64,000 bases of DNA from Lingula anatina. Taxonomy: Eukaryota > Animalia > Brachiopoda. Position 1 is the first letter of the stretch; each line of letters begins with the position of its first letter. The stretch lies in the NCBI GenBank assembly GCA_051362555.1, contig CM120643.1:25982848-26046847 (forward strand). The letters are read 5' to 3'. The position numbers were made by a program, and so were the translations under genes. Below are positions 1 through 11,357 of the stretch, piece by piece. Below the pieces are notes generated by a model. That model was not told the DNA's origin. It saw only the letters and a list, made by a program, of their open reading frames with translations, and did not search any database.

Positions 1-416
1 CCGATATTGAATGGGGAAACTTTTTAGCGGTGTTAAAAGTATACATATATACTGTGTATATTCTTTGTCCGTTGTCCTTTTTGTGCAACATTATCCTCGT
101 CGTTGTTGTTGTTAGCGGCGAAAGAAAACTGAAAAGAAGATCAGAAACCAAGTCCTCCTTGTCTATCACACTTGGAATAGCGCACTTGCTTAGAGCATTG
201 AGTGAATTATTGGTAGGGATAGTGACCGATTCAAATCAGATAGTACATTTCACTGGGCTCCCAAGTGCCTTTTGCAACACGTTATTCACTGCAGACATTT
301 TCACCTCAGACTGGGCTGCAGTTCTCATCTTCATCATAACACTTGACAGGTTTCTTTTTGTCTGTTTCCCGTTCAAAACCAGTTTCATATGCGCCAGAAA
401 AACTCTCTTCAAGTCG
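1..416 (+). CDS. Class A (rhodopsin-like) GPCR, gene A, exon encoding TM1-TM3/ICL2 (5'-partial, frame open from window start)
   Basis: The frame of ORF 30..584 is open back to nt 3 (DIEWGNFLAVLKVYIY...). It has three hydrophobic helices, the TM1 Asn and a TM3 'ITLDRFLFVCFPF' (DRY-type) motif. Similarity to gene B stops exactly at a phase-0 donor AAGTCG|GTAAGT at 417. Confidence 0.85.
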
Positions 417-1950
417 GTAAGTGTTGACGACATCAATTTTTTTCAGAATAAAGAAAATGACAGATCTTTTACGATTAAGTTGACTTCAATATTTTTATTT
501 TCGTCTAAACAAAATCTCTTAAATTTTAAGACGTATCAAATGCTTAATACTGACAGTTCATTCCATATTTTGCAAACTGACTGAGAATTATGAAGTGAGA
601 TTCAGTAAGTTTCCATATTGTTGAGCTGTATCTGTTTCATCAGGCTGCACTGTCGTTATTAAAATAGACATTGGAGCAAGTATTTTTGTCTCGTTTGTCC
701 ACTCATTTTTGGAGGGTGGGGGAAGGGCCGAAGCTAGTGATACATGCCCCAGCATGCACGTAGATCCACCAATAATATGCAGAAACTTACACCATCTGGG
801 CCCGGTTTCATCAAGGCTGGATAGGCTATCCTATGGATAACACTATTCAAGGTATAAATCTCTTATCCTCTGTATAGTTATCCTCTGTATAAAATTGTGT
901 TTCATAAAGGCTGGATAAACAGCATGATAGTAATCCAGTGGATAAAAATTAATCCAATACCATATTTGGTAAAACACATTCCCATAATGCAGTTGGTTGC
1001 TATAAACATTATAATAGCCATGATAGTTGCTAACAAAAAAGTGATCTATACCATATTTGGAAAATAAATTACCCATAATAAACAATATTATCAGTATATT
1101 TCAAGATGGCACATTCATTAAAATAATGGGGAAAATATCTACAGGATATTTTAGTGTCAGAGTCACAACTACATCACATTGCATTAGTTGTGCCTCATGC
1201 AATGTTTACGGCTATTTCACAATCAGATGTACACTTTATGGTCCACTTTCGACCAAATATGAACTTCACCAAACAGAGGTTTGAACATCAGTAGGACATT
1301 GGTATAGATCTTGGGCATAATCCCTTCAAATGTTTTTGCACCGTTTCTCTTTGTTTTTGTTTGACACTAAAATGACTGGATGGTCTCAAACAGGGGACGG
1401 ACGCTACATTTTTACAAGTCAGTTACTTTCACATGATGAATAAAACATAATAATTGGAAAATATTTATTTTAATAAGCATAATTTTATACACATGAATTG
1501 TACATGCAATGAAAACCTCAAAATTTCAATCAACTGTGAGCTATTTTTTTCCAAAATGTGCGGTTTCATGATGCATGGCCACATTTCTTTTGCAAATAAA
1601 AATAAAATGTTGTGTGATTAAGATCAAATCAGGGGATTCCATCAATGATTTGAAATCTTATTTTGATATGACAAAGGCCTGACCATAAGAATGACTATAA
1701 CATGTTAAGAAAGAGTGCTAAAATTTCATGACTTGGTATGTAACACACTTGGGGACGGACGCTACACCAAAACATGTCATTTTTACATCCCCATTCCAAA
1801 ACATTAACTGTATTAAAAGGAATAAACAGTTCGACAACAAATTTACAAATCAATAACAGAAGCGGATCCAGAGATATTTTCTGAAGTATTACAAATTCAG
1901 GCCTACCCAACTACCAGACTCGGCACCAAATGATCCTGAATTTACCGGTA

Positions 1951-2160
1951 GATCGGACTAAACTACCAGTTTTCAAGGTGTGTATCAGTACGCGCTTTGA
2001 AGTATCAGACGCGACACCGCTCTTGCCTTGTACGCAATGTGATAGTGATGATTCTCAGTGGGGTCGGAAAGTATTGCATAACCACTCAAAATTTGTTCGG
2101 GGTATGATGCTGTGAAATGCGTACTGACACACACCTTGAAAATGGGTAGTGTGGTCTGAT
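1951..2160. mobile_element. Small MITE-like inverted-repeat insert within the 1209-4090 element
   Basis: ACTACCAGTTTTCAAGGTGTGTATCAGTACGC (1961-) is the reverse complement of GCGTACTGACACACACCTTGAAAATGGGTAGT (-2150). No clear TSD. Confidence 0.6.
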
Positions 2161-3020
2161 TTCTTATTTTCCTTGTATTAGTTGTCCACCATTTACTGCC
2201 CGTCTTCCCCACACCTCTTCTGATTCCCACTGACTTGTTGAGTTTCTTTTTGACCCTGTATTTTCCTTTCTTGTTTATCACTGATGTTAAAACCTTGCAC
2301 GCCATATTTTGAGATGCAGATGCTGTACCTTTATACTTTATTTCCTTTATATGCTCTGACATACTTTGCATAAGGATCTCCCCCATCTCCAGCTTTCTGC
2401 TTGTTTCCTTGCTTGCTATAATTCCTTTCTGTTCTAATATGCTGTTTACTCTAGGAGATCTTATTAGCCTTTCTACAATTTTAGCTTTTCTGCTCGGTGA
2501 CCTCGGAAGGGCATTCTTTGCTTGTTTCAAGGCTCTCTTTTCAGTGGAGGAAGATGAAAACGGGCTTGAGTCTTTACTTTGTGGTGTTTTATCTTGTAAC
2601 TGAACCCTTAGTCTCCATGCTTTAACCCTCATGACCTCTTTCTTTTAAGCTTCTTCACTGAGTTTCATCTCTCTGTTTTTTCTCTTTGGGCTGAAAGTAT
2701 TTTTTTTTCTTTTCTCTCTTGCTTTACCTGCTTCTGATAAAGCACTGATCTTTGTTTGTTCTCGGATTTTCTCTCTAAATTTTCTCATTCTATTAGTTTC
2801 CGTTGCTCTTTCAGCTTTTGCTTATGTTGGGTGGTTCATTAAGTTAAGTCTCTTCTTTTCTCTTCTTTTTTCTTTCTAAGTCTCTCCTTTTCTCTGGCAG
2901 TTTTCAAACGTTCGGGATCTTTCTTGAGTTTTTCTCGTTTTCTTTTTTTCAAAGCACTTTCACTTATGCCATCTATTTCTATGGCATTTCTTTTTCTACT
3001 TTGACTTAGTTTACCCATCC
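2161..3020 (-). pseudogene. Frameshifted K/R-rich N-terminal region of a putative transposase
   Basis: ORFs 2839..3039 and 1985..2632 (-) with K/R/E-rich tracts and 'KNALPRSPSRKAKIVERLIRSP'. They lie inside the 1209-4090 TIRs and are interrupted at ~2160 by a small inverted-repeat insert. No catalytic DDE region is visible. Confidence 0.5.
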
Positions 3021-4229
3021 TCAGCAACAATAAAAACATAAATGTTGCTCCATCATTGTTCCAAGCTCAAATGCACAAAATTCATTACAACCTATTACCT
3101 TGGATAAAGTTTACTGTGGCTTTTTAGTCCAAACTATAACCAAGTGATGTCACTTCGTCTCAAGTGTTGTTGTGTTGTTTCACAGCAACAAAAACAACAA
3201 CATTGTTTCATATTATAACATTGTTTTAAATGTATCCATTTATTCATTACAAGTAATGCACCAAATGCGTCTGTGACAACCTTTGGCTACATTAGATAGA
3301 TTATAGTGAGTATTTACAAAATATACTTAATTAAAATCCATTTCAGCATGTGTATCCTTAATAAAGCGAAAAATACAAATTGGGGACGGGCGCTACAGGT
3401 GGGGACGGACGCTACATTTGACCACTAATCAAATGGTATATCCACAGTGTGTTGTATTACTGGCCTTTTAGGTATATTATTTTATCATGGGTAGTGAAAT
3501 GCATAAGTGCCTGAGTGTGGTTTAAAAAAAAGATTAACTGCTATCCTTTTGCTACAAGGGGGACGGACGCTACAAAATTTTGTGTTAAAATGTGGTTTCA
3601 ATTTTGGATTGTTGGAATTTTGAACTAAATATGGATTTGGACACAGTAATTATTTTAATGTATTGAAATAGCTTTAAAAACAGAAAAATCCGTCACAGAG
3701 CTCCCTTGTAACATTCAATGGCTTTTGTCTCATATGTTACACTATATTATGTCCAACTGATTTTCAAACAACATTATACCTCACAACTGATATCTTTAGT
3801 CAAACTAAATGCAATAAATTACAATACCAAATTACATATCCACTACATGAAATTATTACACAACTCCAGTGACCCTTCGTAACAACTAAAAACGGCTGTA
3901 TTTAGGGTATTCAAATTAGTATATTTTTGCCAATCTATGACCGATTTTCAAAAAAAATTTTTTGATTGCTTCGTCTAAGTGTCATCTATCAGATTGGACA
4001 AAGAGTGGGCACTAGATTGGTTTTGATAATACTTAGAGGCAATGTAACATGCTCAATTTCGAAAGTGTACGTCTGATTGTGAAATAGCCGTTACAATTTG
4101 CAGTTGAAGGGCAAGGTCGTGACATACTTTTTAACAAAATGGCTGACTTGGCACGTTTGGCAGATTCTGTCAATAGCAGTGTAGAATTTTTTTCATCGAT
4201 TTAAAAGGTATGTTTTAGTAAAATTAAAG

Positions 4230-4435
4230 ATCATTGGTCTCTCACAAATTGCATGGGTTCTGTTCGTAGCAGGCGCCATGTCAACTTTGATAAAGTCTGT
4301 TATGTAATCTATTGATTCAGCATCACTTAAGCATTAAAAAAGCAAACAGACGTCTTCTAAAATTCTCTTTCTAATCATTCTACGCCTGTGAAATCTCATA
4401 GGATTTACTCCCAAAGCAATTAGCAGGTTCGCCAT
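4230..4435 (-). pseudogene. Decayed Harbinger transposase N-terminus belonging to H1
   Basis: Manual translation: MANLLIALGVNPMRFHRRRMIRKRILEDVCLLF*CLSDAESIDYITDFIKVDMAPATNRTHAI, which is alignable to the N-terminus of the H2 transposase ([18 protein letters not shown]). It has an in-frame stop and is absent from the ORF track. Confidence 0.6.
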
Positions 4436-4696
4436 TTTTGATGATTTGACAGCATGATAGCAGATTTATCCCACCTATTTCGAGCGGACAACTTTATCCT
4501 CAGAATAAGCTGATTTATCTCCTGGGCTGGGTTGTATGAAAGCCGTATAGCACTATACGCTGGATAAATCAGCCGTGTAACTTATACGGGTTGTATGAAA
4601 GCCGTACAACTTTATACGGCGGATAAATCTGCTAAACGGTCGGTTAAAGTTATACGTCTCAGGGAGGTCGTTTAAATAGTTATACAGTGGATAAAA

Positions 4697-5730
4697 ATGG
4701 CGTACCTGCTGAGGTTCCACAGGAATCCTCAGCAGTATAATCCACCTAGACAGAGGAGAGAGAGGAATTTTCGAAGAGAAGTATTTGACTTTGACAGCTA
4801 TAGTGACTCTGAACTGCGTGCAAGGTTTCGTTTTGGCAGAGAAGGCATTAATTTGATAGAGAGAATGTTGGAAGAGAAACTGCAGCCTGCGACTGGCAGG
4901 AGCTGTTCTCTCTCGGTGAGGGAACAAGTTCTCATTGCTTTGCGTTTTTATGCCTGTGGCTGTGTGGACGGTACTCACATTAGGATAACGGCGCCCACGT
5001 TGAATGAGACTGCATTAGTGAACAGAAAGAATTACCACAGTTTGAATGCTCAGGCTATATGTGACCACAAAGGTATTGATCTTTATTACATATTCAAGGC
5101 ATAAATATTAAGAGCTCACCGTAAATAACACGTCCAACATCTGCAGCGTTCGTGGTTCAACTTTGTAAGTCGGCCATTTTTGCGGCCATGACCTTGGCTT
5201 CTTCAGTGTGACTGAATGTGCAAGCAATGTTTATGCAGGTACAGCTAATGCATTCTGCCTTAATAGACTATAATCACTTTCTTAATAAATAACGAAATCA
5301 TTGCAGAACCACGTAATTACTAAATTAAAAGTTTATTACCATTTTAAAACTTTGGGAATGTGTTAATTACTTTGTTTTCTTTTTATTTGGTTATTAAAAA
5401 GTAGGCCCCTTTTAACTGCAAAGTAAATAAAGACTAACATGACGGAATTAAATGCTAATATATTAATTAAATTTTATTTTCATCACCTTATCATATTCTA
5501 TCTCATAGATGCAAATTGAACATTTGACTATTTTGAAAAAAAATGAAAATGTTGCTTAAATGATATGCTTTCACCATTATTATTGTTTTAATTATTGTCT
5601 CCCCCTCCCCATTCCCCTTTTCACATTATTCTCTATATTCATTTCTTTTCTTTTTTCAGGTAGATTTACAAATATTGTCTCCCAGTGGCCTGGAAGTGTC
5701 CACGCTGCGCACATTTTTTCCACCTCAACA
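4697..5730 (+). pseudogene. Internally deleted HARBI1-like (Harbinger DDE) transposase, two exons (4697-5072, 5660-~5730)
   Basis: Motifs '[13 protein letters not shown]', 'CVDGTHI', '[15 protein letters not shown]'. An intron at 5073-5659 (GT..AG, phase 1) joins these to 'GRFTNIVSQWPGSVHAAHIF', where the canonical PGSxHD Asp is replaced by Ala. The segment between FYACG and CVDGTH is missing and the 3' end is truncated. Confidence 0.85.
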
Positions 5731-6535
5731 CCAGCAACCAGGGGATATATTTTAAAACTTTTCAAACAAACATTAATATTTCACATATACAGGTACAGTA
5801 TGTAGATATAAAAGTACTGATCCAGATTAAGATTATTTGTGTACCGTTTCAAACTGTAATCATATATTCGTTAGTGTTTTGTAATTGAAAAGCAATGTGT
5901 TCAATTATTGTGTTCAATGTGATACCCTTGTATAAATAACGTATTACAGGTACATTTTCATCAGCACATAATGCACAAGTTGTGAAATAAATAATAAAAT
6001 TGAAAATAGTAAATAATGTAAAGTAATTTCTCTACATTTCTTTTAGAATATAATATTCACATGTAAAATTATTCATGAACAACAATTGACACTACAAGTT
6101 AAAATGAATTTTCAACTACAATGCATTTGAAGTATACTGACTTCTGTGGACTTGTAAGCTCAAAGTGTTTGCAAGTTCCTTTTGTTCATTTCAGTGTTTG
6201 ATTGCAACAATTAAGTCTTGTATTTGAAACAAAGATGAACAGTCCATAAAAATGAATAATAGATCTATATCAAAAGAAATTATTCTATTGTCAATTTCTT
6301 GGATTTGTTTTATCAGTAAAGTTATTTAGCAACAGTGCCTGATGGGTAACCAAATATGGACATAGACCCAGTTGTTCATAGCAACTATCTTCAAAGTGAG
6401 GTTGTTCTTAGCAATTATCCACTGTATAGTGATTTTATCCACCGTTTAGCTATCCGCCTGTTTATACGCTCTTTATACAATGCATATTTATCCACCGTTT
6501 AGCTATACACCGTATAGGGCATTTACACACTGTAT

Positions 6536-9117
6536 TAACCGATTACAGTGACGTCATATTTGCTCCGTAACACTAGTCCCGCGGCCATGCTGGAGGGAAT
6601 GAACGACGGGGAATAGTAGCGTAAATATAGGTAAACCAAATAAAATAAAGTAAACTTCATATCACGATCAAGGACACCAAAGGGAAAAGGATATATACAT
6701 TGTACAAGCTGAGGCTTCAGCTGATCAGCGGGATCGACCGATATGAACTCAAGACAGTCTAAAAACGTGAAATCCTACTAAATGCTACTTACCCAACATC
6801 GTGTTGTCAGAAGATAGTTCAGTTATCTTGTACTTCATTTTTCTTGTTCATTGGGTAATAACAGTTATAGTTTGAGAGAGTTTAATGTGTAATCATAAGT
6901 TTAACCATAAATAGAAGCAACTGTTTTCATAAAGGATAGATATAAAAAAATTTGAGCTGATCATTAGGATAAACCCTTGTGGATTCAAGGAAGAATGTAT
7001 GATTGTCTTATGACATGAAATATTGCTGTTAGTTATGACTTATCTTTACATCGTGAAGCTGTCAGAAATTATTTCAGCATTCTTGTACTTCATATTGGTT
7101 CATTAGAAAGTACATGTAACAAGTCTGTTGTTCATTCATATAAGCAGCATTGTTAGCATTTTATTATTAGTTCAGTCATTCACAGAAGCATTTGTTAGGC
7201 ACTACAAATATCCTCAAACCTCAGTTTAAGTTGGACTTAGAGAATGGGAATTTGCCATGGGACTATACACTTGATATCAATGGAGCAATAGAAACTATGT
7301 CAATGATGAAAAAGACGTGTCCTTTGTATCAAAATAAAGCTGGTGAGTTGTGTTGTAAATAAGTTTTCAAAATACATCTACTGTCATAAAAAGTATTGTA
7401 TCAAACTGATTTTATAAAATTTTATATACCATTTGCATTGAGAATATTTTGCTAGGTATTCAGTGAACAAAATTCATGTATTTTAAATTTACTTTAAAAC
7501 TGCAATATCAGGTATTTGTTGTTCTCTTTTTTTAATGTAAAGCCTAACTATTATTGGGGATTTTCAGATGCTATTGTTTATACAGTACAGAAGTATAGTA
7601 TGCAGAACATTTGCTCTATACCATCATCAACTTTTTAAATTATTTCAGCATTCTTGTACTTCATTTTGGTTCATTAGAAAGTACATGTAACGAGACTGTT
7701 GTTTGAGAGAGTTTAATATTCACCATGAATGCAACCATTCATATAAGCAACATTGTTAGGATTTTATTATTATTCAGTCATTCACAGAAGCAAGGCATTT
7801 TTCACAATCATGTATTTATGATGTCCAATGTAAAATAATAATTCAGTTCATGAATTGATTTCTGCAACCATTTGCTTAAACATATGGGAAAAGTGCACAT
7901 TTTGTATGAATAAAAGTGAACATGAAATGCTGAGTTCTGAGTGTTGCTTCAATTAAATAACTCCTGTCATGCACTGGATTTCACTCTCCTGATGTTCAGA
8001 TCCTGTCTCCTCAGCTGGTCACAGAGATCTAGGAATATTTTTGCTGCTTCTACCTTGTGTGTCATCTAGCTGCCTTTTGTATCTGTCATCAAAAGCTTCC
8101 GTTTTTTTTTTTCTTTTTTTTTTTTAATAATTTACTTGCACCCAATCAGTGTGGCTTGGTGGGAAATGCCTGATCAATTTCCTACATGTAAATCTAAATT
8201 AGTAGAAAGATAACAATACAACAATGCAGTGATTTTTATTCATATTATAACTTACAACATTACAGTTGAAAGGAGCAGAATTTAACATTTTTACAGAGGA
8301 AAGTGCAAAATTATTTCATGAGGTTATTAAAGTTATATGTCAATTACACCTGAGGTAGAATTTACTTGCAAAATAAAATTACTCTTATCACTACACCAAA
8401 TCGAAAATTAAGCCACCAACTTCCAAATACACTTCATACAGGTAATTGATTTAATTGGCCCAGCTCAGCTGTGTACAGTACAAATATAGCCTTGACACTA
8501 ATTGGGAATAATGCTAACCAGGTATAAAAGAGGAAGGTGACAGCCGATAAAATCTAGAGAGCACCGTAACTGATAACAAATTACACCCAAGGCAATAGGT
8601 GAGTCTTCATTATAAAAGTCGAAACCCTGGGTATTTCCACACGTTTTAACAAATTAACACACTCTCCATCCACACTTTTTGGGCACTACTTTAAATATAT
8701 ACGTGCGCCCCAAACGTACACACCTAGGTCTTTGGTGTTCTACTGTTTTTTCTTTTATGGTAAATCTGCACAGTTGGCTCTTCATTCTTTGCTATTAAAT
8801 AAATTAGTTTTATCCTTTACTTTTCCGAAGAGTCTTGATTCAAAGCCACCTCGCCGTCTCTCCTCCGTTTATGGTTTTAGTTCCTTCACCATGGATTTTT
8901 ACCACTGCAGGCAGTCTGTGAACGCTTGTAAAGTAAGTTACCTTCTCTCGATCAAATACCCTGCAGTAATTCATCATTTTGCTCGGTTAAATATGAAAAA
9001 AAATACAGAAAACGAAAACTGAACTACAGACATGGCTTGTTCATGCGCAGCAGACGATTCCGGTCTCCCTCCAGTATGGCTGCCGTTTGTTTTGATGACG
9101 CAGGCTCTAATGGGTCA
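6536..9117. mobile_element. Decayed ISL2EU-type element (THAP-domain relic; AT target duplication) nested in the H2 subterminal repeats
   Basis: Imperfect TIRs (TAACCGATTACAG / reverse complement TGACCCATTAGAG) with AT on both flanks; removal restores the host motif ctgtATagag. The minus strand from ~8976 gives THAP-like MMNYCRVFDREK..HRLPAVVKIHGE..RWL and the plus strand at ~6703 gives YKLRLQLISGIDRYE. There is an internal duplication 7066-7200 / 7637-7790. Confidence 0.65.
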
Positions 9118-9148
9118 ATAGAGTTATCCGGCGTATAGTGCTATACAG

Positions 9149-10210
9149 GGGCCGGTTTCACAAAGCAGTAGTTAGTTAGAACAACTAACTACTGAACTAC
9201 CTCGCTAATGAGCAAACTTAGCGATTTTCGAGGGGTGTTTCACGAAGCAGTCATTAACTCATCGCTAAGTTCAGTCGTAAAGTTCGGTCGTTAGTTCTCT
9301 CGTTACTCGCCGTAGTCTCGAAACCGTCTGTCGGAAGTGGAACTCTTGCGTAAAAGTGACACGAAAGCACTAACTCTCCAATTTTTGGTGGCTGGAAATG
9401 CATAAGAACGTCTGCTTTGAGGTCGTCGTAAAGGATCTCCACCACCTTTTTGCCGCTCTTTTTGTCACAGCTAGGCGCAACCTCTCGTAAATTGCATCAT
9501 CGTGTGTATATTCTAATAGATTCTGCCTTTCATAAAAACGTCGTAGTCTACGTTGCCGTCTGACGGTACAGATAGCAAGAAAGGTCGTCGCCATATTGGA
9601 TACAAAGACAAACGACCACTCGGAACTACTCGGATGTCTCCGCACTCGACAATAACCTCGGACGTAATACGGAGGCAGCCATATTTGATTGTTGATTGTT
9701 GGGAAGGAACTACTTTCAACCTCGCGCTAATTTAAACCTAATTCTTTCAACGCCTGTATCTATTTATCTTTAAAATCAAAGTCAATCTTAGTGCATTGTT
9801 TGGCAAACTGTAAAGCATCATAAAATTCAGGGGTATTGACAGCCATCCTTATGAGCGAAATGATCGATTGAGTGAGAAGGCATTTCCGGCGGACAAAATG
9901 CATGGATTTGGTGCATATTTCTCCGCCTATCACATCCGAGGTTAGTATGGAGCTTGCGGAATGAGCCGAGGATTGCCGATTGACAAACGACAGGCAACGG
10001 TAACTAAGCAACCTTTTTATTTCACTCATTATGCATGCGTACGATGAAACTCTAGAGTTAGCGACTGGTCTGACCAGTCGTTAAATATCCAAGGCAACAA
10101 CGAGACAATAACGAGCGAGAGAACTAGCGACTGCTTCGTGAAACGGCACTATAACTAGCGAGAGGCTAACTACCGATCGCTAACTAACTACTGCTTTGTG
10201 AAACCGGCCC
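9149..10210 (-). mobile_element. Non-autonomous PIF/Harbinger H3 inserted inside the right TIR of H2
   Basis: Perfect 30-bp TIRs GGGCCGGTTTCACAAAGCAGTAGTTAGTTA and a perfect CAG TSD (9146-9148, 10211-10213). A transposase N-terminal relic starts at 9594 (-): MATTFLAICTVRRQRRLRRFYERQNLLEYTHDDAIYERLRL. Confidence 0.88.
9653..9944 (-). mobile_element. 292-bp inverted-repeat insert within H3 carrying a possible RecQ-type helicase N-terminal scrap (AcademH-like?)
   Basis: Ends TAACCTCGGACGTAATA / TATCACATCCGAGGTTA. It is absent from the homologous segment at 19892-19981. The minus strand reads MAVNTPEFYDALQFAKQCTKIDFDFKDK*IQALKEL. No TSD seen, and the family assignment is tentative. Confidence 0.5.
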
Positions 10211-10422
10211 CAGCTTTCATACAACCCAGCCCAGGATAACGCTATCCACTGTTGATGAAACGCACTATCCTCTGGATAGCTCTATCTAGAGGATAGCGGC
10301 CATTTTTATCCATAGGATAGCGCTATCCAGCCTTGATGAAACCGGGCCCAGGCGTTTATCAGGTACCAAAATCTTATACCACGAACCAGTCTCTGAAACT
10401 ATCACTTCTTTCACTTTCGCAG

Positions 10423-10944
10423 ATGGTTTTTGCCGGGGCAGCAGCATCTGGAGCCGTGGCCTTCGCAAGCTTGATGTACACTGACGCCCCGTGTGCGTTA
10501 GCTGTTCAGGAATATTATGTATGGCAGAGACGCTTAGGAATTGTAGCAGCAATACGCATCACCGGAAGAGCCATGATGTTACTCGCCATTACCGGAATGG
10601 ACATCAAGATAATACATTTTATCTGGTCTCAAAGGAAATCCCAAAAAGAACTCACATCTGGAGAGAGAAATAAGGACAAGGAAGTAATAAGCACCGTGTC
10701 TCTGTTGATTTCGTCTCTTTTTTTCCTTATTTTGTGTACGACATCTGTTATAAGTATGGTTTTGATAAGATATGTGCCTGGTGTACGAATACCTTTTTTT
10801 GTGGGCAATCTTTTTTACGTTGGTAGAGTTGGCGAGTTGTTATATCATGCGTTTAATTTACTGGCTTTTTTAATCAGTGGTTCGCAGTTTAGAGCACAGA
10901 TAAAGGAGTTTTTTACAAGAAAGACAGTCAGTGCACGGACTTAG
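10423..10944 (+). CDS. Class A GPCR gene A, last coding exon (TM4-TM7, helix 8)
   Basis: Starts MVFAGAAASGAVAF directly after the acceptor and is in frame with exon 1 (..KTLFKS|MVFAG..). It has an ECL2 Cys (DAPC), TM7 'HAFNLLAFLISGSQFRAQI' and stop TAG. It is colinear with 21529..22056. Confidence 0.85.
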   Translation: MVFAGAAASGAVAFASLMYTDAPCALAVQEYYVWQRRLGIVAAIRITGRAMMLLAITGMDIKIIHFIWSQRKSQKELTSGERNKDKEVISTVSLLISSLFFLILCTTSVISMVLIRYVPGVRIPFFVGNLFYVGRVGELLYHAFNLLAFLISGSQFRAQIKEFFTRKTVSART

Positions 10945-11357
10945 TGACAGCCCATACGACATTTTATTTTGTAATGCCCAGCCACGGTTGGCAGTCTGAC
11001 CACAGTAGGTATAAATTATTTACTTTAACATGATCAAGTGGGGACATATACTATTTAAAAACTTGCTTCATGATCTAAAGTTTTGATTTTTGAATATTTT
11101 ACCGAATGTTTTCATTAATGGATAAAATTAATAATAATTTTCAAGTTCACGTTTTTATATTTTTCTAAGTGTCGTATGTAAATAAGGCAAAATAAGTCAC
11201 AGTTACCGGATGAGACAACTTGAGCTCGTTTACGAAATTAGCTTATCAGTGCGTGTTATCCATAACAAAACTTTTCATAAATGCATGGAAAAATAATACG
11301 AATGAGGGCAAATCGTCCAAGATAGCCCAAACTCTCAACACATACACCTGTAGATAA

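Larger units (their letters stand above)
1209..4090 (-). mobile_element. TIR DNA transposon inserted in H1; superfamily unresolved
   Basis: 29-bp TIRs CGGCTATTTCACAATCAGA(T/C)GTACACTTT with TTA on both flanks (1206-1208, 4091-4093). Five copies of GGGGACGG(A/G)CGCTACA and a broken basic ORF on the minus strand. Confidence 0.8.
4525..10231 (+). mobile_element. PIF/Harbinger transposon H2 nested near the right end of H1
   Basis: Left TIR GGCTGGGTTGTATGAAAGCCGTATAGCACTATACGCTGGATAA. The matching right TIR is reconstituted from 9124-9148 plus 10214-10231 once H3 is removed. Flanks are CTG (4522-4524) and CAG (10232-10234). It contains a HARBI1-like transposase relic. Confidence 0.85.
799..10348 (-). 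mobile_element. PIF/Harbinger DNA transposon H1 (outermost element of the intron nest)
   Basis: ~42-bp TIRs GGCCCGGTTTCATCAAGGCTGGATAG(C)GCTATCCTATGGATAA at both ends, flanked by CTG (796-798) and CAG (10349-10351), i.e. a CWG target. It has subterminal TATCC/GGATA repeats and a decayed transposase N-terminus at 4435 (-). Confidence 0.85.
417..10422 (+). other. 10,006-bp phase-0 intron of GPCR gene A
   Basis: GTAAGT donor at 417 and pyrimidine tract plus acceptor 'cttctttcactttcgcAG' ending at 10422. The position matches the 659-bp intron of gene B, and the last ~40 nt of the two introns are alignable. Confidence 0.85.

Noticed and set aside
417-584. 3' part of ORF 30..584, and the 5' extensions of ORFs 10333..10944 and 21529..22098
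   Set aside because: These are read-through into intron sequence. Paralog comparison and splice signals place the exon boundaries at 416, 10423 and 22056.
1393-3574. Repeated 16-mer, and the 16253-16468 repeats, as a possible CRISPR-like array
   Set aside because: Spacing is irregular, the context is eukaryotic, there are no cas genes, and the repeats lie inside TIR elements.
4230-5104. Two head-to-head Harbinger transposase-like ORFs, suggesting a novel two-transposase element
   Set aside because: A TIR at 4525 separates them. They belong to different nested elements (H1 and H2).
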